Source of the DNA: a virus
Strand: one strand, 5' to 3'
Virus record (IMG/VR): IMGVR_UViG_3300046321_000141
Location: 5,316-69,315 of that record
DNA: 64,000 nucleotides
In this document: piece after piece, positions 8,878 to 18,664 of the stretch
Layout: every line of letters begins with the position of its first letter
Numbering within the stretch: the first letter of the stretch is position 1
Made by a program: the position numbers and the translations under genes
Notes under the pieces: model-generated
Seen by the model: only the letters and a program-made list of their open reading frames with translations
Told to the model about the DNA's origin: nothing
The model's database searches: none

Positions 8878-9096
8878 TTACCAATCAGGGGTACTGCCCC
8901 AAGTTTGTTGCATTACATACAGACCACCATCCAAGCCATATGTAATCATATTTCCAGTGTCATTGCTGACATTGGCACTAGGGCCGGTTAAGTAAGTACT
9001 CATTTCTATAGACACGCTACCACTGAGCGCATCTATGGTCAGAGTACCTACATCACCTGATAACTCAGCAGATGCAGATAGTGTTGCTTCAAGCAT
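8878..9096 (-). CDS. Small tail-associated protein
   Basis: VSNDTGNMITYGLDGGLYV motif seen in phage fibre proteins; overlaps its neighbour. Confidence 0.55.
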   Translation of the reverse strand: MLEATLSASAELSGDVGTLTIDALSGSVSIEMSTYLTGPSANVSNDTGNMITYGLDGGLYVMQQTWGSTPDW

Positions 9097-9418
9097 TGGT
9101 AATTTCCTTCACTACTTCAATCGTAGCTGTAGAGGTGTTAACAATGTCACCGTTAGGAGCAACAAACCGTATATCCATGTATAGAGAACCAACAGGCCAA
9201 AGAGCAGTGTTGGTTGCAGTTTCACGTACTTTGACTAACCGAGTAGTTGCATCAAGCCAGGAAAATGTGGGTTTAGATATTAGTTTTGCATTCGCATCCC
9301 TAATATAAACACTACCTTCCCAACCAGTTAAGTCAAGAACAGCAACACTGTCTTGGACTACTGCAACCACTCCTGATAGTTCAAACGTATTTCCTCGTTT
9401 AAATGTGTATGTGGTCAT
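9089..9418 (-). CDS. BppU-like Ig-fold tail protein
   Basis: FKRGNTF...DLTGW...IRD...T..WPVG.LYMDI.F...G....T.T..IEVVKEIT pattern. Confidence 0.65.
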   Translation of the reverse strand: MTTYTFKRGNTFELSGVVAVVQDSVAVLDLTGWEGSVYIRDANAKLISKPTFSWLDATTRLVKVRETATNTALWPVGSLYMDIRFVAPNGDIVNTSTATIEVVKEITNA

Positions 9419-9432
9419 ATTAATATTAGTAG

Positions 9433-11442
9433 TTACATATTGTAGTAAGGTATCTTGTAGGTAGTTCCCCCAATACTGACTACAACATACCCAACAGGAT
9501 TAGCTGGTAATGCACTAGCAGCGCCAGCAGCCCCTACAGTAGCAGCAGTAGTATCACCAATAGACATACTTGCCCAAGCACTAAGAGCAGTTCTTACGTA
9601 CATCTTATTAATCGTACTATCAAAGTACATAGCGCCAGTAATAAGAGCACTGCCATCATTGTCCACAGTAGGCGCTACAGTTTTAGCACCTAGGTAACGA
9701 TCATCAAAACTATCAAAACTAAGCGCAGCAGCATTAGCACTGGCTTGAGCAGCAGCAGTTGCAGCATCCAAAGTAGCTTGGTCAGCAACACTTAAACCAA
9801 CAAATTGACTAGGCACTTCGTACTGGATTTCTACAGTATCAGAAATAATTGCACTGCTGAAAGTCAAAACAGTACCACTTAAGCTATAGGTGTTACTGTT
9901 TTGATAAACCCCATCCATGAACACTTTTACAGTGTTTATCTTAGCAGGCGTGTAGCCAAGATTAATGACAGTACCTACGTTTTGCACATAGTGAGAGCCA
10001 GCAAGGAACAGTTCCTTAATACCATCTACTGCTTGTGTAGCAGTAGCAAGGGCGTTAGAAGCGTACAAAGCAGCATCAATACTCCATTGCAAAGCATTAG
10101 CTGCTGAGTTAGTAGCAGAAGCTTCAGCAGCAGTAATGACAGCAGTATCTGCTGGACTCAAACCAACATAACTACTAGGAACTTCATAAGTAATCTCTAC
10201 ACTGCTTGAGCTAATGGCAGAGTTAAATACAATGGTTTTACCTACTCGACTCCAGGTATTGCTGTTCTGATAAACACCACCAAAGAATACTTTTACGGAG
10301 TTTGACTTAGCAGGAAAGTAGGTAAGTGTGAGACTTGTACTGGTATTCTGTGTGTAGTCCGTACCTGCGGTATAGAGGTCTTTCTGAGCATCTACTGCTT
10401 GAGTAACAGCAGCAGCAGCATTGGTTAAATTAGAAATGTTTGCAGCAAGAACAACAATCTCTTCTTCGAGGTCTTGAACATCATTAATGTTGTCAATATT
10501 GTTACCTACAGCAACAATTGGCGTAATATTTGTAGCCACAGTCGATATGTTTGCTACATAAGGAATGATGGCGGCAATATCAGTAACAATACCAACAGCT
10601 GCTTGAACATCTGCCATATTGGTAGCAACAGTGTTAACTGAAGCAATATTTGTACTAACAGTAGCTACCACAGCAGTATTAGCAGCTACCGTGTTGATGT
10701 TGGTTGTATTGCCTGCAACAGAACTCACACTTGTAGAAATACCAGCCACAGTAGAAACATCAGCAGCTATTGGCGCAACAGTTGCAATATTTGCTACATA
10801 AGGCGCCACTGCACTAACTGCTGCAATAGATCCAGCAACAGCAGCAACATCTGTGACTACACCTGCGACAGTAGCAATATTGGCTGCATAAGGGCTGATA
10901 GTAGAGATGCTAGAAGCCACTCCAGCAACAGTAGCAATATTGGTTACTGCGCCAGCAGCAGTATTGACACTTGCAATGTTTGTACCTACAGCAATGATGT
11001 TAGCAAGATTAGTACTAAGGGTACTGACACTTCCCAATACACTGACAGCTAGCAGAGCTTGATTAGCAGCATTCAAAGCTACTATCTTGGCTTCAATCAA
11101 AGCAGCTACGCTCTTATCATTCCACTGCAACGAGCGGCGACTCAAGTCAACATACAGCAACTCTGCCGACAAACTTGTGCTGGAGGTTGTAGGAACAAAA
11201 AACTTATACGAAATGATTTGATCGGTGGAGCCATCCAACTTACTCAAGTAGTAAGGAGCCTCTGTTACGGTAAGTGTGACAGATGCTTGACCAGCAGAGT
11301 CTGTAGTAAAAGTAACTGTAGCAGGCATAACATCTGGAATCTCTCCAGTGTTAAGACGGCCTGATGCAATTTGAAAGGACGTTAACGGTACAACCGCACC
11401 ATCTAAATCTTTAATCGTAAAATCAATAGTGGTAGTAGTCAT
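9433..11442 (-). CDS. Tail fibre protein with 10-aa repeats and a duplicated domain
   Basis: Array of NIASVNTVAT-type decads; two copies of a ~100 aa unit; C-terminal FDDRYLGAK..APTVDNDG..L..GA.YF motif of podophage fibres. Confidence 0.8.
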   Translation of the reverse strand: MTTTTIDFTIKDLDGAVVPLTSFQIASGRLNTGEIPDVMPATVTFTTDSAGQASVTLTVTEAPYYLSKLDGSTDQIISYKFFVPTTSSTSLSAELLYVDLSRRSLQWNDKSVAALIEAKIVALNAANQALLAVSVLGSVSTLSTNLANIIAVGTNIASVNTAAGAVTNIATVAGVASSISTISPYAANIATVAGVVTDVAAVAGSIAAVSAVAPYVANIATVAPIAADVSTVAGISTSVSSVAGNTTNINTVAANTAVVATVSTNIASVNTVATNMADVQAAVGIVTDIAAIIPYVANISTVATNITPIVAVGNNIDNINDVQDLEEEIVVLAANISNLTNAAAAVTQAVDAQKDLYTAGTDYTQNTSTSLTLTYFPAKSNSVKVFFGGVYQNSNTWSRVGKTIVFNSAISSSSVEITYEVPSSYVGLSPADTAVITAAEASATNSAANALQWSIDAALYASNALATATQAVDGIKELFLAGSHYVQNVGTVINLGYTPAKINTVKVFMDGVYQNSNTYSLSGTVLTFSSAIISDTVEIQYEVPSQFVGLSVADQATLDAATAAAQASANAAALSFDSFDDRYLGAKTVAPTVDNDGSALITGAMYFDSTINKMYVRTALSAWASMSIGDTTAATVGAAGAASALPANPVGYVVVSIGGTTYKIPYYNM

Positions 11443-11561
11443 CTTCTATCCTAACGGGTGAACCAACATGGTTTGCATTTACTGGGGGTGTATGTTACAG
11501 CATAGCCTGTTTTACACATATACCACTATTTTACAAACAAAACTTAAACTAACAAACACAT

Positions 11562-12200
11562 ATGATTTCTGTAGAGCTAATTGACCACATGGGTAATGAT
11601 GCCACTGTTGTTAACGCAGCACGAGTTTCTTTTGAAAAAGACGCAGCAAACTTCTCTGATGAACAAAATGCAAAACTAATTGCATATCTTGCGAAGCATG
11701 ACCACTTCACACCATTCACCCATCCACAAATCACTTTACGTGAAACTGTGCCAATCTTTGTAGCACGTCAACGCACTAAGCATACTATTGGATTTTCTTA
11801 CAATGAAATTTCAAAAAGGTATGTTTCTGATACACCAGAGTTCTTTATTCCTAAAACTTGGAGAAGCAAACCAGAAGGCAGTATAAAACAAGGAAGTGGA
11901 GGAACACATGAAAATGATAAGTACTGGGACATTCAGTACACATTGATGCTTGCTCAATGCAAGAAGATGTATGAGTCCATGATTAAAGATGGTATTGCAC
12001 CAGAGCAAGCAAGGATGGTGCTTCCTCAGTCCATGCTTACTAGCTATTATGTTACTGGGTCATTGGCAGCATTTGCTAGAGCCTATAAACTGCGTATTGA
12101 TAGCCATGCACAGGAAGAGATACAAGACTTGGCTGTATTGTGGGATAAAACAATTGCACCACTTTTCCCTGTAAGTTGGAAAGTACTTACTAACCAATAA
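11562..12200 (+). CDS. thyX: Flavin-dependent thymidylate synthase
   Basis: VVNAARVSF, HFTPFTH, IFVARQ..KH..GFSYNEISKRY, APEQARMVLPQS, HAQEEIQ. Confidence 0.93.
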   Translation: MISVELIDHMGNDATVVNAARVSFEKDAANFSDEQNAKLIAYLAKHDHFTPFTHPQITLRETVPIFVARQRTKHTIGFSYNEISKRYVSDTPEFFIPKTWRSKPEGSIKQGSGGTHENDKYWDIQYTLMLAQCKKMYESMIKDGIAPEQARMVLPQSMLTSYYVTGSLAAFARAYKLRIDSHAQEEIQDLAVLWDKTIAPLFPVSWKVLTNQ

Positions 12201-12207
12201 ATCTAGT

Positions 12208-12230
12208 GAGCACTGCCGTGCTCTGTGTGA
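12208..12230 (+). promoter_or_regulatory. Class-2 hairpin element (variant with 4-nt loop)
   Basis: GAGCAC-TGCC-GTGCTC followed by TGT-GTGA, right after the thyX stop. Confidence 0.5.
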
Positions 12231-12236
12231 TTTGAT

Positions 12237-12260
12237 AAGCCAGTATTCACTGGCTTTTTT
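12237..12260 (+). terminator. Intrinsic terminator
   Basis: AAGCCAGT-ATTC-ACTGGCTT plus T run. Confidence 0.75.
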
Positions 12261-12273
12261 ATTTGGAGAAACA

Positions 12274-12510
12274 ATGTCAGAAGCCAAAAAGACAGGAAGC
12301 AGTCACTACAAAGCCATGAAATTAGAGCCTTGGGATGTGATTGATGAGTGGCCTATTGAGCAACAAATAGGATACCACCGAGGTAATATTTTAAAGTACA
12401 CGATGCGTATGGGTACTAAAGATGAAGCCATTAAAGAAATCACCAAGGCACGCCATTATGCGGATAAGTTGTTAGAAGTTCTTCATAAACAAAACCAAAC
12501 GGATTATTAA
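12274..12510 (+). CDS. DUF3310 family protein
   Basis: GSSHY..MKLEPWDVI...GNILKY.MR.G.K...EI.KA.HY; ATG at 12274 after GGAG. Confidence 0.8.
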   Translation: MSEAKKTGSSHYKAMKLEPWDVIDEWPIEQQIGYHRGNILKYTMRMGTKDEAIKEITKARHYADKLLEVLHKQNQTDY

Positions 12511-13487
12511 TGCCCACTTACTCAAACATTCAAGCAGTGCCTTTGGCACTACAGGTTTTCCTGGCTACTGATTCTTACGACCACAATCCCGATCCATTCA
12601 CTATCTCAGCCACCTCAGTAATCAAACCACTCAGGCAACTTATTCTTGGTAGTCGGATCAACCAAGAAGACTCTGCTGTAGACCTTTCACAAATGGTAGC
12701 AGCCAGAATGGGTACAGCTATTCATGATGGTATTGAGCGTGCTTGGATTAATAACTATAAACAAGCACTTACTACTCTAAATTACCCAGCTAATGTAATT
12801 AATAGAATTGTTATAAATAAACCAATTGATGAAGTTACTGAAGAAGATATTCCTATCTATCTTGAACAACGAATTGAACGAGAAATTGCTGGGTATAAAG
12901 TGAGCGGTAAATTTGATTTTGTATCGGAAGGAATGGTGCAAGATTTCAAATCTACTGGAGTGTATTCAGCAATGACAGGTAATAACAATGATAAATACAT
13001 CCTACAAGGATCGATATATCGTTGGCTTAATCCAAAGCTTATTACTAAAGATGAAATGGCAATTCATTTTATATTTACAGACTGGTCTGCTATGAGGGCA
13101 AAGACTGAAAATAATTACCCACAGTCACGAATTTTGCAAAAGATATTTCCACTTAAATCATTGGAGGAGACAGAGCGATACATTGTTAATAAACTAAACC
13201 AAATTAAACAATATCAAGATGCCGATGAATCTACTATTCCTCTATGTGGTGACAGTGATCTTTGGCGCAGTGAGCCAGTTTTTAAGTATTACAAAGACCC
13301 TAATAAGTTAGTGCGTAGTACTAAAAACTTTGATAACAAACAAGACGCCTATTTGAAGCTTTCTCAAGAAGGTATTGGTATTGTTATTGAAAAACCTGGA
13401 GTTGTTACTGCTTGTCGGTACTGCTCAGGATTTTCTTTGTGTACGCAAAAAGATGCCTTTGTAGCATCAGGAGAATTAATTCTATGA
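12510..13487 (+). CDS. PD-(D/E)xK exonuclease (N4 gp42-like)
   Basis: MGTAIHDGIE, SGKFDF...VQDFKSTG, YILQGSIY, C-terminal CRYC...C; position before the primase. Confidence 0.85.
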   Translation: MPTYSNIQAVPLALQVFLATDSYDHNPDPFTISATSVIKPLRQLILGSRINQEDSAVDLSQMVAARMGTAIHDGIERAWINNYKQALTTLNYPANVINRIVINKPIDEVTEEDIPIYLEQRIEREIAGYKVSGKFDFVSEGMVQDFKSTGVYSAMTGNNNDKYILQGSIYRWLNPKLITKDEMAIHFIFTDWSAMRAKTENNYPQSRILQKIFPLKSLEETERYIVNKLNQIKQYQDADESTIPLCGDSDLWRSEPVFKYYKDPNKLVRSTKNFDNKQDAYLKLSQEGIGIVIEKPGVVTACRYCSGFSLCTQKDAFVASGELIL

Positions 13488-15625
13488 AAGATTTTGCAGC
13501 AATGGAGTACAACCCTACAGCGGAAAAGCTTGTAGAAGTGTTGTGCAAAAAAACACAAAATGACAATCCACTGTTCTTTCGTGTACTGGTTGGTTACTAC
13601 TTTAGCTTAGTAGCATCCATGATGCGCTGTAGTGTCATTACACATGATCGTGGTGATATACCTGTTAGCTTTTACGCAATAAATCTCAGCCCCTCTGGAA
13701 GTGGAAAAGGCTTCTCTACAAATATTGTAGAAGGCAGTGTTATTAACTTGTTTAGGCAGCGTTTTCAAGAAGAAACCTATCCATTGCTTGCAGAATTGAA
13801 TCTTCCAAAGATTGCCAATAAAAGAGCAGCTAGAAAAGGTGTAGACCCTGATGAAGAATTGGAAAGAGTAAAGAAAGAGTTTGACAGTGCGGGAACACTG
13901 TTCTTTACCTTCTCTGAAGCCACGGCACCAGCTATTAAGCAAATGCGGCATACTTTATTGATGGCAGGAGCAGGCTCACTTAACCTTGCCATTGATGAAG
14001 TGGGGAGTAATTTGAGCGGTAGTATTGATGCTTTGAATACGTACTTAGAGCTTTATGATGTAGGTGCAATCAAGCCAAAACTAACAAAAAACACTGCTGA
14101 CAGTAAGCGTAATGAAGAGATCGCCGGACGAACACCCGCTAACTTGATTGCATTTGGTACGCCTACAAAGCTACTAGATGGGTCTAAGACTGAAGAAGAG
14201 TTTTACTCTTTACTGGAGACTGGGTATGCACGGAGAAGCTTTTTTGGTTATATACGCACAGCTTCTCAAACCAAGTATCAAACACCCGAAGATGTTTACG
14301 CAGCATTAACGGATACCTCTAGTGATGTTTTTCTGGACTCTCTGGCTCAAAAACTAGAGCACCTCGCTGACATGGTTAATACCAATAAGCGACTTGTAAT
14401 GAGTAGGGACACTAGCCTCCTTCTTATCGAGTACAGAATGAAATGTGAAGCAGAGGCTGCAACATACTCCGATCACGAAGAGGTAAAGAAAGCTGAGATA
14501 TGCCACAGGTACTTTAAAGCTTTGAAGCTAGCAGGTGCGTATGCATTTATAGATGGTTCTGCCACAGTTACAACAGATCACCTATACAACGCTATAAAGC
14601 TGGCAGAAGAGTGTGGAGAGGCTTTTAATCAGCTACTCACACGAGATAGGGCATATGTAAAGTTAGCTAAGTACATCTCGTCTGTAAAGCGTGACGTTAC
14701 TCAAGCAGACTTGGTAGAAGACCTGCCTTTCTACAGAGGAGGTGCTGCACAGAAAAACGAAATGATGACCTTGGCTATAGCTTACGGCTACAAGAACAAC
14801 ATCATTATTAAAAAATCTGTATCTGACGGTATTGAGTTCTTTAAAGGTGAAACCCTTAAAGAAACTGATAGCACAAAACTCATTGTGTCCTATGGTACGG
14901 AGTTAGCAGAGAACTATCGTAATGAGTATGCACCGTGGGATAACTTGCATAAGCTCACCCAAGCTCGAGGACTGCACTGGACTAATCATCACCTAGCCAA
15001 TGGGTATAGGAATGAGGAGTCTTGCCTTTCTGGTTTTAATTTGATAGTGGTGGATGTGGACGGAGGTACGGATGTATCTACAGCCCAGTTACTGCTGAAA
15101 GGTTATAAGTACTTGCTATACACAACCAAACGACACACAGAAAGCGAGAATAGGTTTAGGCTCATTTTCCCAACTAACTATCAACTCAACCTTGACCCCA
15201 AGGACTACAAAGAGTTTATGAATAGTGTGTATGACTGGCTACCTTTCGAGGTAGATAAAGCCACTAACCAACGAAGTAGAAAATGGTTATCTCACCAAGG
15301 ACAGCACTTCTATAACGAAGGTGAAGTATTGGACGTACTGCCATTTATTCCTAAAACCAGCAAGAGTGAGGAACGTAAAGCACTGCTTAAAGACCAACAA
15401 GCACTGGACAACTTGGAACGTTGGCTACTTAACCAATGTGCTCAGGACGGAAGAAACAACACATTGTTGCGTTATGCAATGGTACTTGTTGATGCTGGTT
15501 TCACTTTTGAAGACATACGGAAAAAGGTACTTTCTCTTAATGAGAAACTTCCAGACAAGTTGGATGAAGTAGAAATTATGGGCACAGTGTTAGTGACCGT
15601 TGCTAAAACACTAGCTAAAAAGTAA
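13484..15625 (+). CDS. DNA primase (N4 gp43-like; P-loop N-terminal part, primase and PriCT C-terminal part)
   Basis: SPSGSGKG Walker A; VDVDGG, YTTKRH, RFRLI primase motifs; GRNNTL PriCT. ATG at 13484 overlaps the upstream stop (ATGA). Confidence 0.88.
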   Translation: MKDFAAMEYNPTAEKLVEVLCKKTQNDNPLFFRVLVGYYFSLVASMMRCSVITHDRGDIPVSFYAINLSPSGSGKGFSTNIVEGSVINLFRQRFQEETYPLLAELNLPKIANKRAARKGVDPDEELERVKKEFDSAGTLFFTFSEATAPAIKQMRHTLLMAGAGSLNLAIDEVGSNLSGSIDALNTYLELYDVGAIKPKLTKNTADSKRNEEIAGRTPANLIAFGTPTKLLDGSKTEEEFYSLLETGYARRSFFGYIRTASQTKYQTPEDVYAALTDTSSDVFLDSLAQKLEHLADMVNTNKRLVMSRDTSLLLIEYRMKCEAEAATYSDHEEVKKAEICHRYFKALKLAGAYAFIDGSATVTTDHLYNAIKLAEECGEAFNQLLTRDRAYVKLAKYISSVKRDVTQADLVEDLPFYRGGAAQKNEMMTLAIAYGYKNNIIIKKSVSDGIEFFKGETLKETDSTKLIVSYGTELAENYRNEYAPWDNLHKLTQARGLHWTNHHLANGYRNEESCLSGFNLIVVDVDGGTDVSTAQLLLKGYKYLLYTTKRHTESENRFRLIFPTNYQLNLDPKDYKEFMNSVYDWLPFEVDKATNQRSRKWLSHQGQHFYNEGEVLDVLPFIPKTSKSEERKALLKDQQALDNLERWLLNQCAQDGRNNTLLRYAMVLVDAGFTFEDIRKKVLSLNEKLPDKLDEVEIMGTVLVTVAKTLAKK

Positions 15626-15647
15626 CGCACTCCGTGCGTTTTTGTGA
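15624..15647 (+). promoter_or_regulatory. Class-2 hairpin element
   Basis: AACGCAC-TCC-GTGCGTT then TTT-GTGA, overlapping the primase stop. Confidence 0.55.
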
Positions 15648-15751
15648 AAAATAAAGGAGCAAGTAACAGGCTACTTTAAATACGCGCGTATTCAGTAGAG
15701 GGTGGGACATAGAGAAAGCCCTCACCACACTACCAAACCACAGGAATTAAG

Positions 15752-16474
15752 ATGAAACAAACAAACAAGAATATTGTTTTGATTATGGGAAAACCAAATA
15801 CAGGTAAGTCCACATCTTTACGTAATTTACGTAATCAAGACAAAATGGTTTACTTAAACACAGATTTAAAAGATTTACCATTCAAAAATAAATTCATGCG
15901 CTCTGTAGAAATAGGGGATGCTTTAGATGTGCTGGCATACATCAAAGAGATTGAAAGTAATGAAAAAGTAGAAGGGGCTGTGCTTGATACAGTCACTTTT
16001 CTTATGTCTTTATATGAGCGTCAGTATGTCAGTAATGCTGCCAATGGTCAAAAGGCTTGGGGAGAGTATGGAAACTTCTATAAAGAATTTATCCATACCA
16101 TTAAAGCAGGTACTAAGGATTACGCAATATTGGCACATGAAGACACAATATTGAATGAACAGTCTATGCAAATGGAAACGCGCATCCCGATAAAAGGTAG
16201 TGTCGGCAAAATCGGAGTCGAGGCAGACTTCACCACCATCTTGTCTACTAAGCAGTTGCCTATCCGGAAACTAGAAGGTTTTGAAAATGAGCTTCTACAT
16301 ATTACTGATGAGGAGCGTGAAGATGGCTTTAAATACGTTTTTGCTACCCGAGTCGTAAAAGAGTCAATTGGGGAGAAAATGCGATCCGCAATTGGATTGT
16401 GGAAACGTAATGAACTCTATATTGATAATGATTTAGACCAGGTATTCACACGCTTGCGGCAGTATTACTCGTAA
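15752..16474 (+). CDS. Sak4-like AAA ATPase (N4 gp44-like)
   Basis: GKPNTGKST Walker A; VLDT; ILAHE; between primase and SSB. Confidence 0.85.
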   Translation: MKQTNKNIVLIMGKPNTGKSTSLRNLRNQDKMVYLNTDLKDLPFKNKFMRSVEIGDALDVLAYIKEIESNEKVEGAVLDTVTFLMSLYERQYVSNAANGQKAWGEYGNFYKEFIHTIKAGTKDYAILAHEDTILNEQSMQMETRIPIKGSVGKIGVEADFTTILSTKQLPIRKLEGFENELLHITDEEREDGFKYVFATRVVKESIGEKMRSAIGLWKRNELYIDNDLDQVFTRLRQYYS

Positions 16475-16568
16475 CAATTTCTCAGTCTGCAACGCTTAGT
16501 TAATAAATACAGCAGACTTTTCCAGAAAAGTATTTATTAACAAAAACAACTTAAACCAAATTAAAAAT

Positions 16569-17297
16569 ATGTCACTTCTCGCAGCACTCTCAACCGACAG
16601 CAGTATTCAAGATGAAACAGACTCAGTAGGAGCTACTGTACTGGACTCTGGACTGTATAACGCCACTATTAAATCTGCTTACATTGGTAAATCAGATGGT
16701 GGAGCAATTAGCCTTGTTTGTGGCTTTACAACAGATACTGGTAAAGACTTTAAACAAACCTTTTGGATGACTTCAGGAACAGCTAAAGGATGTAAAAACT
16801 ACTACGAGAAAGATGGGGAAAAGAAATATTTGCCTGGATTCTTGATGGCAAATAGCTTGGCTTTGTTGACAGTAGGTAAAGAGATTTCTGCTCTGGACAC
16901 GGAAACCAAAGTAGTTAAAGCCTACAACAAAGACGCAAAAGCAGAGATGCCTACCAAGGTAGAGATGCTTATGGACTTGCTAAACCAAGATATTAAAGTA
17001 GGGCTGCTTAAACAGACCGTCGATAAAACAGTCAAAGCAGATGATGGTACGTATGTACCTACTGGTGAGACGCGTGATGAAAATGAGGTAGATAAGTTTT
17101 TCCGGGCTAAAGATGGAATGACTACAGCAGAGATTCGTGCTCAAGCTGATACAGCAACATTCATGAATACTTGGTCTACCAAATGGACGGGAAAGGTCAA
17201 GGATCGTTCTAAAGGTGCTGCTGCATCAGGCACTGCTGGAGCTCCAAAAGCTGCCTCTACTGCCGCTAAAAAGCCTACTACTAGCTTGTTTGGTTAA
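16569..17297 (+). CDS. ssb: Single-stranded DNA-binding protein (N4 gp45-like)
   Basis: LDSGLY...IK.AY..KS.GGA; NYYEKDGEK.YLPGF; ENEVDKFF; C-terminal KKPTTSLFG. Confidence 0.85.
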   Translation: MSLLAALSTDSSIQDETDSVGATVLDSGLYNATIKSAYIGKSDGGAISLVCGFTTDTGKDFKQTFWMTSGTAKGCKNYYEKDGEKKYLPGFLMANSLALLTVGKEISALDTETKVVKAYNKDAKAEMPTKVEMLMDLLNQDIKVGLLKQTVDKTVKADDGTYVPTGETRDENEVDKFFRAKDGMTTAEIRAQADTATFMNTWSTKWTGKVKDRSKGAAASGTAGAPKAASTAAKKPTTSLFG

Positions 17298-17307
17298 GGA
17301 CTAAATC

Positions 17308-17553
17308 ATGATTCAACAAGATGCATTTGAACTCACAAACTTGGTAGACATGGCTGCTTCAGCAGAAGCTTGGCGCATTGCCAAAAGCAAAACCTTTCTA
17401 CACATGGCAGAGATTCCCACAGGCACCATCATGGATGTAGATGGTGTGCAACACTGTCTGGAAGGCGATCTACTCACTGGATTTATTGGCGGAATGCGCT
17501 TTGCTGCTGACATGCTAGCGTCTGAGCAAGTGTTTGTAACCCTAGATGATTAA
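17308..17553 (+). CDS. Hypothetical protein
   Basis: 81 aa, SD AAGGA, coupled to neighbours. Confidence 0.6.
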   Translation: MIQQDAFELTNLVDMAASAEAWRIAKSKTFLHMAEIPTGTIMDVDGVQHCLEGDLLTGFIGGMRFAADMLASEQVFVTLDD

Positions 17554-18130
17554 GATAAGTATCTGCGGCAATGACCCTAGTTTCAGACACTGGGGAATAG
17601 CAGTTGGTGAGTACTGTCTTGTTACTAACAGAGTGGTGATTAATCATTTAGATGTAATTGAGCCTGTACTTACCAAGTCTAAGCAGGTTAGACAAAATAG
17701 CTTAGATGTAGAAGCCAGTAAACAAATATTTGAGAGTGTTTACAGATACACCAAAGACGCTCAAGTAGTGTTTGCTGAAGTACCTGTCGGCAGTCAGAAC
17801 TCCAGAGCAGCAACTGCTTTTGGAGTGTGCGTAGGAGTGTTAGGTTGTCTGAATGGTTTAGGTATATCAATTAACGAAGTTACACCTACACAAGTCAAGG
17901 TAGCAGCAGTCAATAATAAGACAGCTACCAAGCAGCAGATGATTACCTGGGCTTCTATGCTACACCCTGAAGCCAATTGGCCTACATATAACCACAAAGG
18001 TAAAACCTTAATTACCGAGTCTAAAGCAGAGCACATGGCTGATGCCATAGGGTCTATATATGCAGGTATAGCTTCCCCGCATTTTCAACAACTGCTTAAT
18101 ACACTAAAGAAAGCAAACTATGCAAATTAA
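17546..18130 (+). CDS. RuvC-like Holliday junction resolvase (N4 gp46-like)
   Basis: GNDPSFRHWG, FAEVP.GSQ, V.PTQVK, ATKQQMI, EHMADAI. Confidence 0.85.
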   Translation: MIKISICGNDPSFRHWGIAVGEYCLVTNRVVINHLDVIEPVLTKSKQVRQNSLDVEASKQIFESVYRYTKDAQVVFAEVPVGSQNSRAATAFGVCVGVLGCLNGLGISINEVTPTQVKVAAVNNKTATKQQMITWASMLHPEANWPTYNHKGKTLITESKAEHMADAIGSIYAGIASPHFQQLLNTLKKANYAN

Positions 18131-18446
18131 ACTTACACCATTAGAAATTACAGAAGCGCTCACTACACACCTACGTAACAAAGGTTTGGACGTAGACACT
18201 AAGCCAGTAAGCTTTGTCTTTTATAACCGCCGTACAAAAGGAGGTGTGTATGCTGAAGCTACTATCGGTGAAGAAGCCCCTTCTGAATCAGTAGTTAAAG
18301 TGGTTACTTTTACTGCACCAATGCAAGACATTCCTACAGCAACTACGCATATAGAAGTTGCTTACGCTGAACCAGTTACTGTAGAAGTTGCGCCGGAGAA
18401 CATTCAACTTACCCAACCAACCTCTGTAACGTCATTGTTCGGTTAA
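18120..18446 (+). CDS. Hypothetical protein (N4 gp47-like)
   Basis: MQIKL...EI..A; F..RR.KGG..AE; ends in SLFG like the SSB. Confidence 0.65.
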   Translation: MQIKLTPLEITEALTTHLRNKGLDVDTKPVSFVFYNRRTKGGVYAEATIGEEAPSESVVKVVTFTAPMQDIPTATTHIEVAYAEPVTVEVAPENIQLTQPTSVTSLFG

Positions 18447-18448
18447 GA

Positions 18449-18634
18449 ATGCTTACGACAGTCCTTAGATGGGTTGTCGCATTCATTTTAGGAATAGCCG
18501 CAATAGTAGTAGTAACGCTGGCCAGTGTCCTATTTGCACTGATAGGGACAGTTCTTGGTGTTATTTCAACAGGAACTGTAATACTAATTGTTGTGGCTGC
18601 CGTTATAAATGAATGGTGGCAATACAGAAAATAA
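18449..18634 (+). CDS. Small membrane protein
   Basis: 61 aa, almost entirely hydrophobic. Confidence 0.65.
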   Translation: MLTTVLRWVVAFILGIAAIVVVTLASVLFALIGTVLGVISTGTVILIVVAAVINEWWQYRK

Positions 18635-18661
18635 GCCCTTGAATAGCTACTCAAGGGCTTT
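18633..18661. terminator. Terminator between convergent middle and late blocks
   Basis: AAGCCCTTGA / TCAAGGGCTT perfect 10-bp stem between two convergent stop codons. Confidence 0.8.
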
Positions 18662-18664
18662 CTG

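Noticed and set aside
1-11442. Diversity-generating retroelement or invertase-based fibre switching
   Set aside because: No reverse transcriptase, recombinase, or near-identical template/variable repeat pair seen in the window.
11760-11822. ThyX lacking the RHRx7S signature as an inactive or novel enzyme
   Set aside because: RQxxKH...NExSxRY variants are common in phage ThyX and the catalytic Ser is present.
12510-13487. Cas4 / CRISPR-associated nuclease
   Set aside because: A PD-(D/E)xK nuclease with terminal cysteines in the conserved N4 gp42 position; an ordinary core gene.
15656-15751. Possible structured RNA between primase and AAA ATPase (also 16480-16520 before ssb)
   Set aside because: Only short imperfect stems; not enough to call without covariation data.
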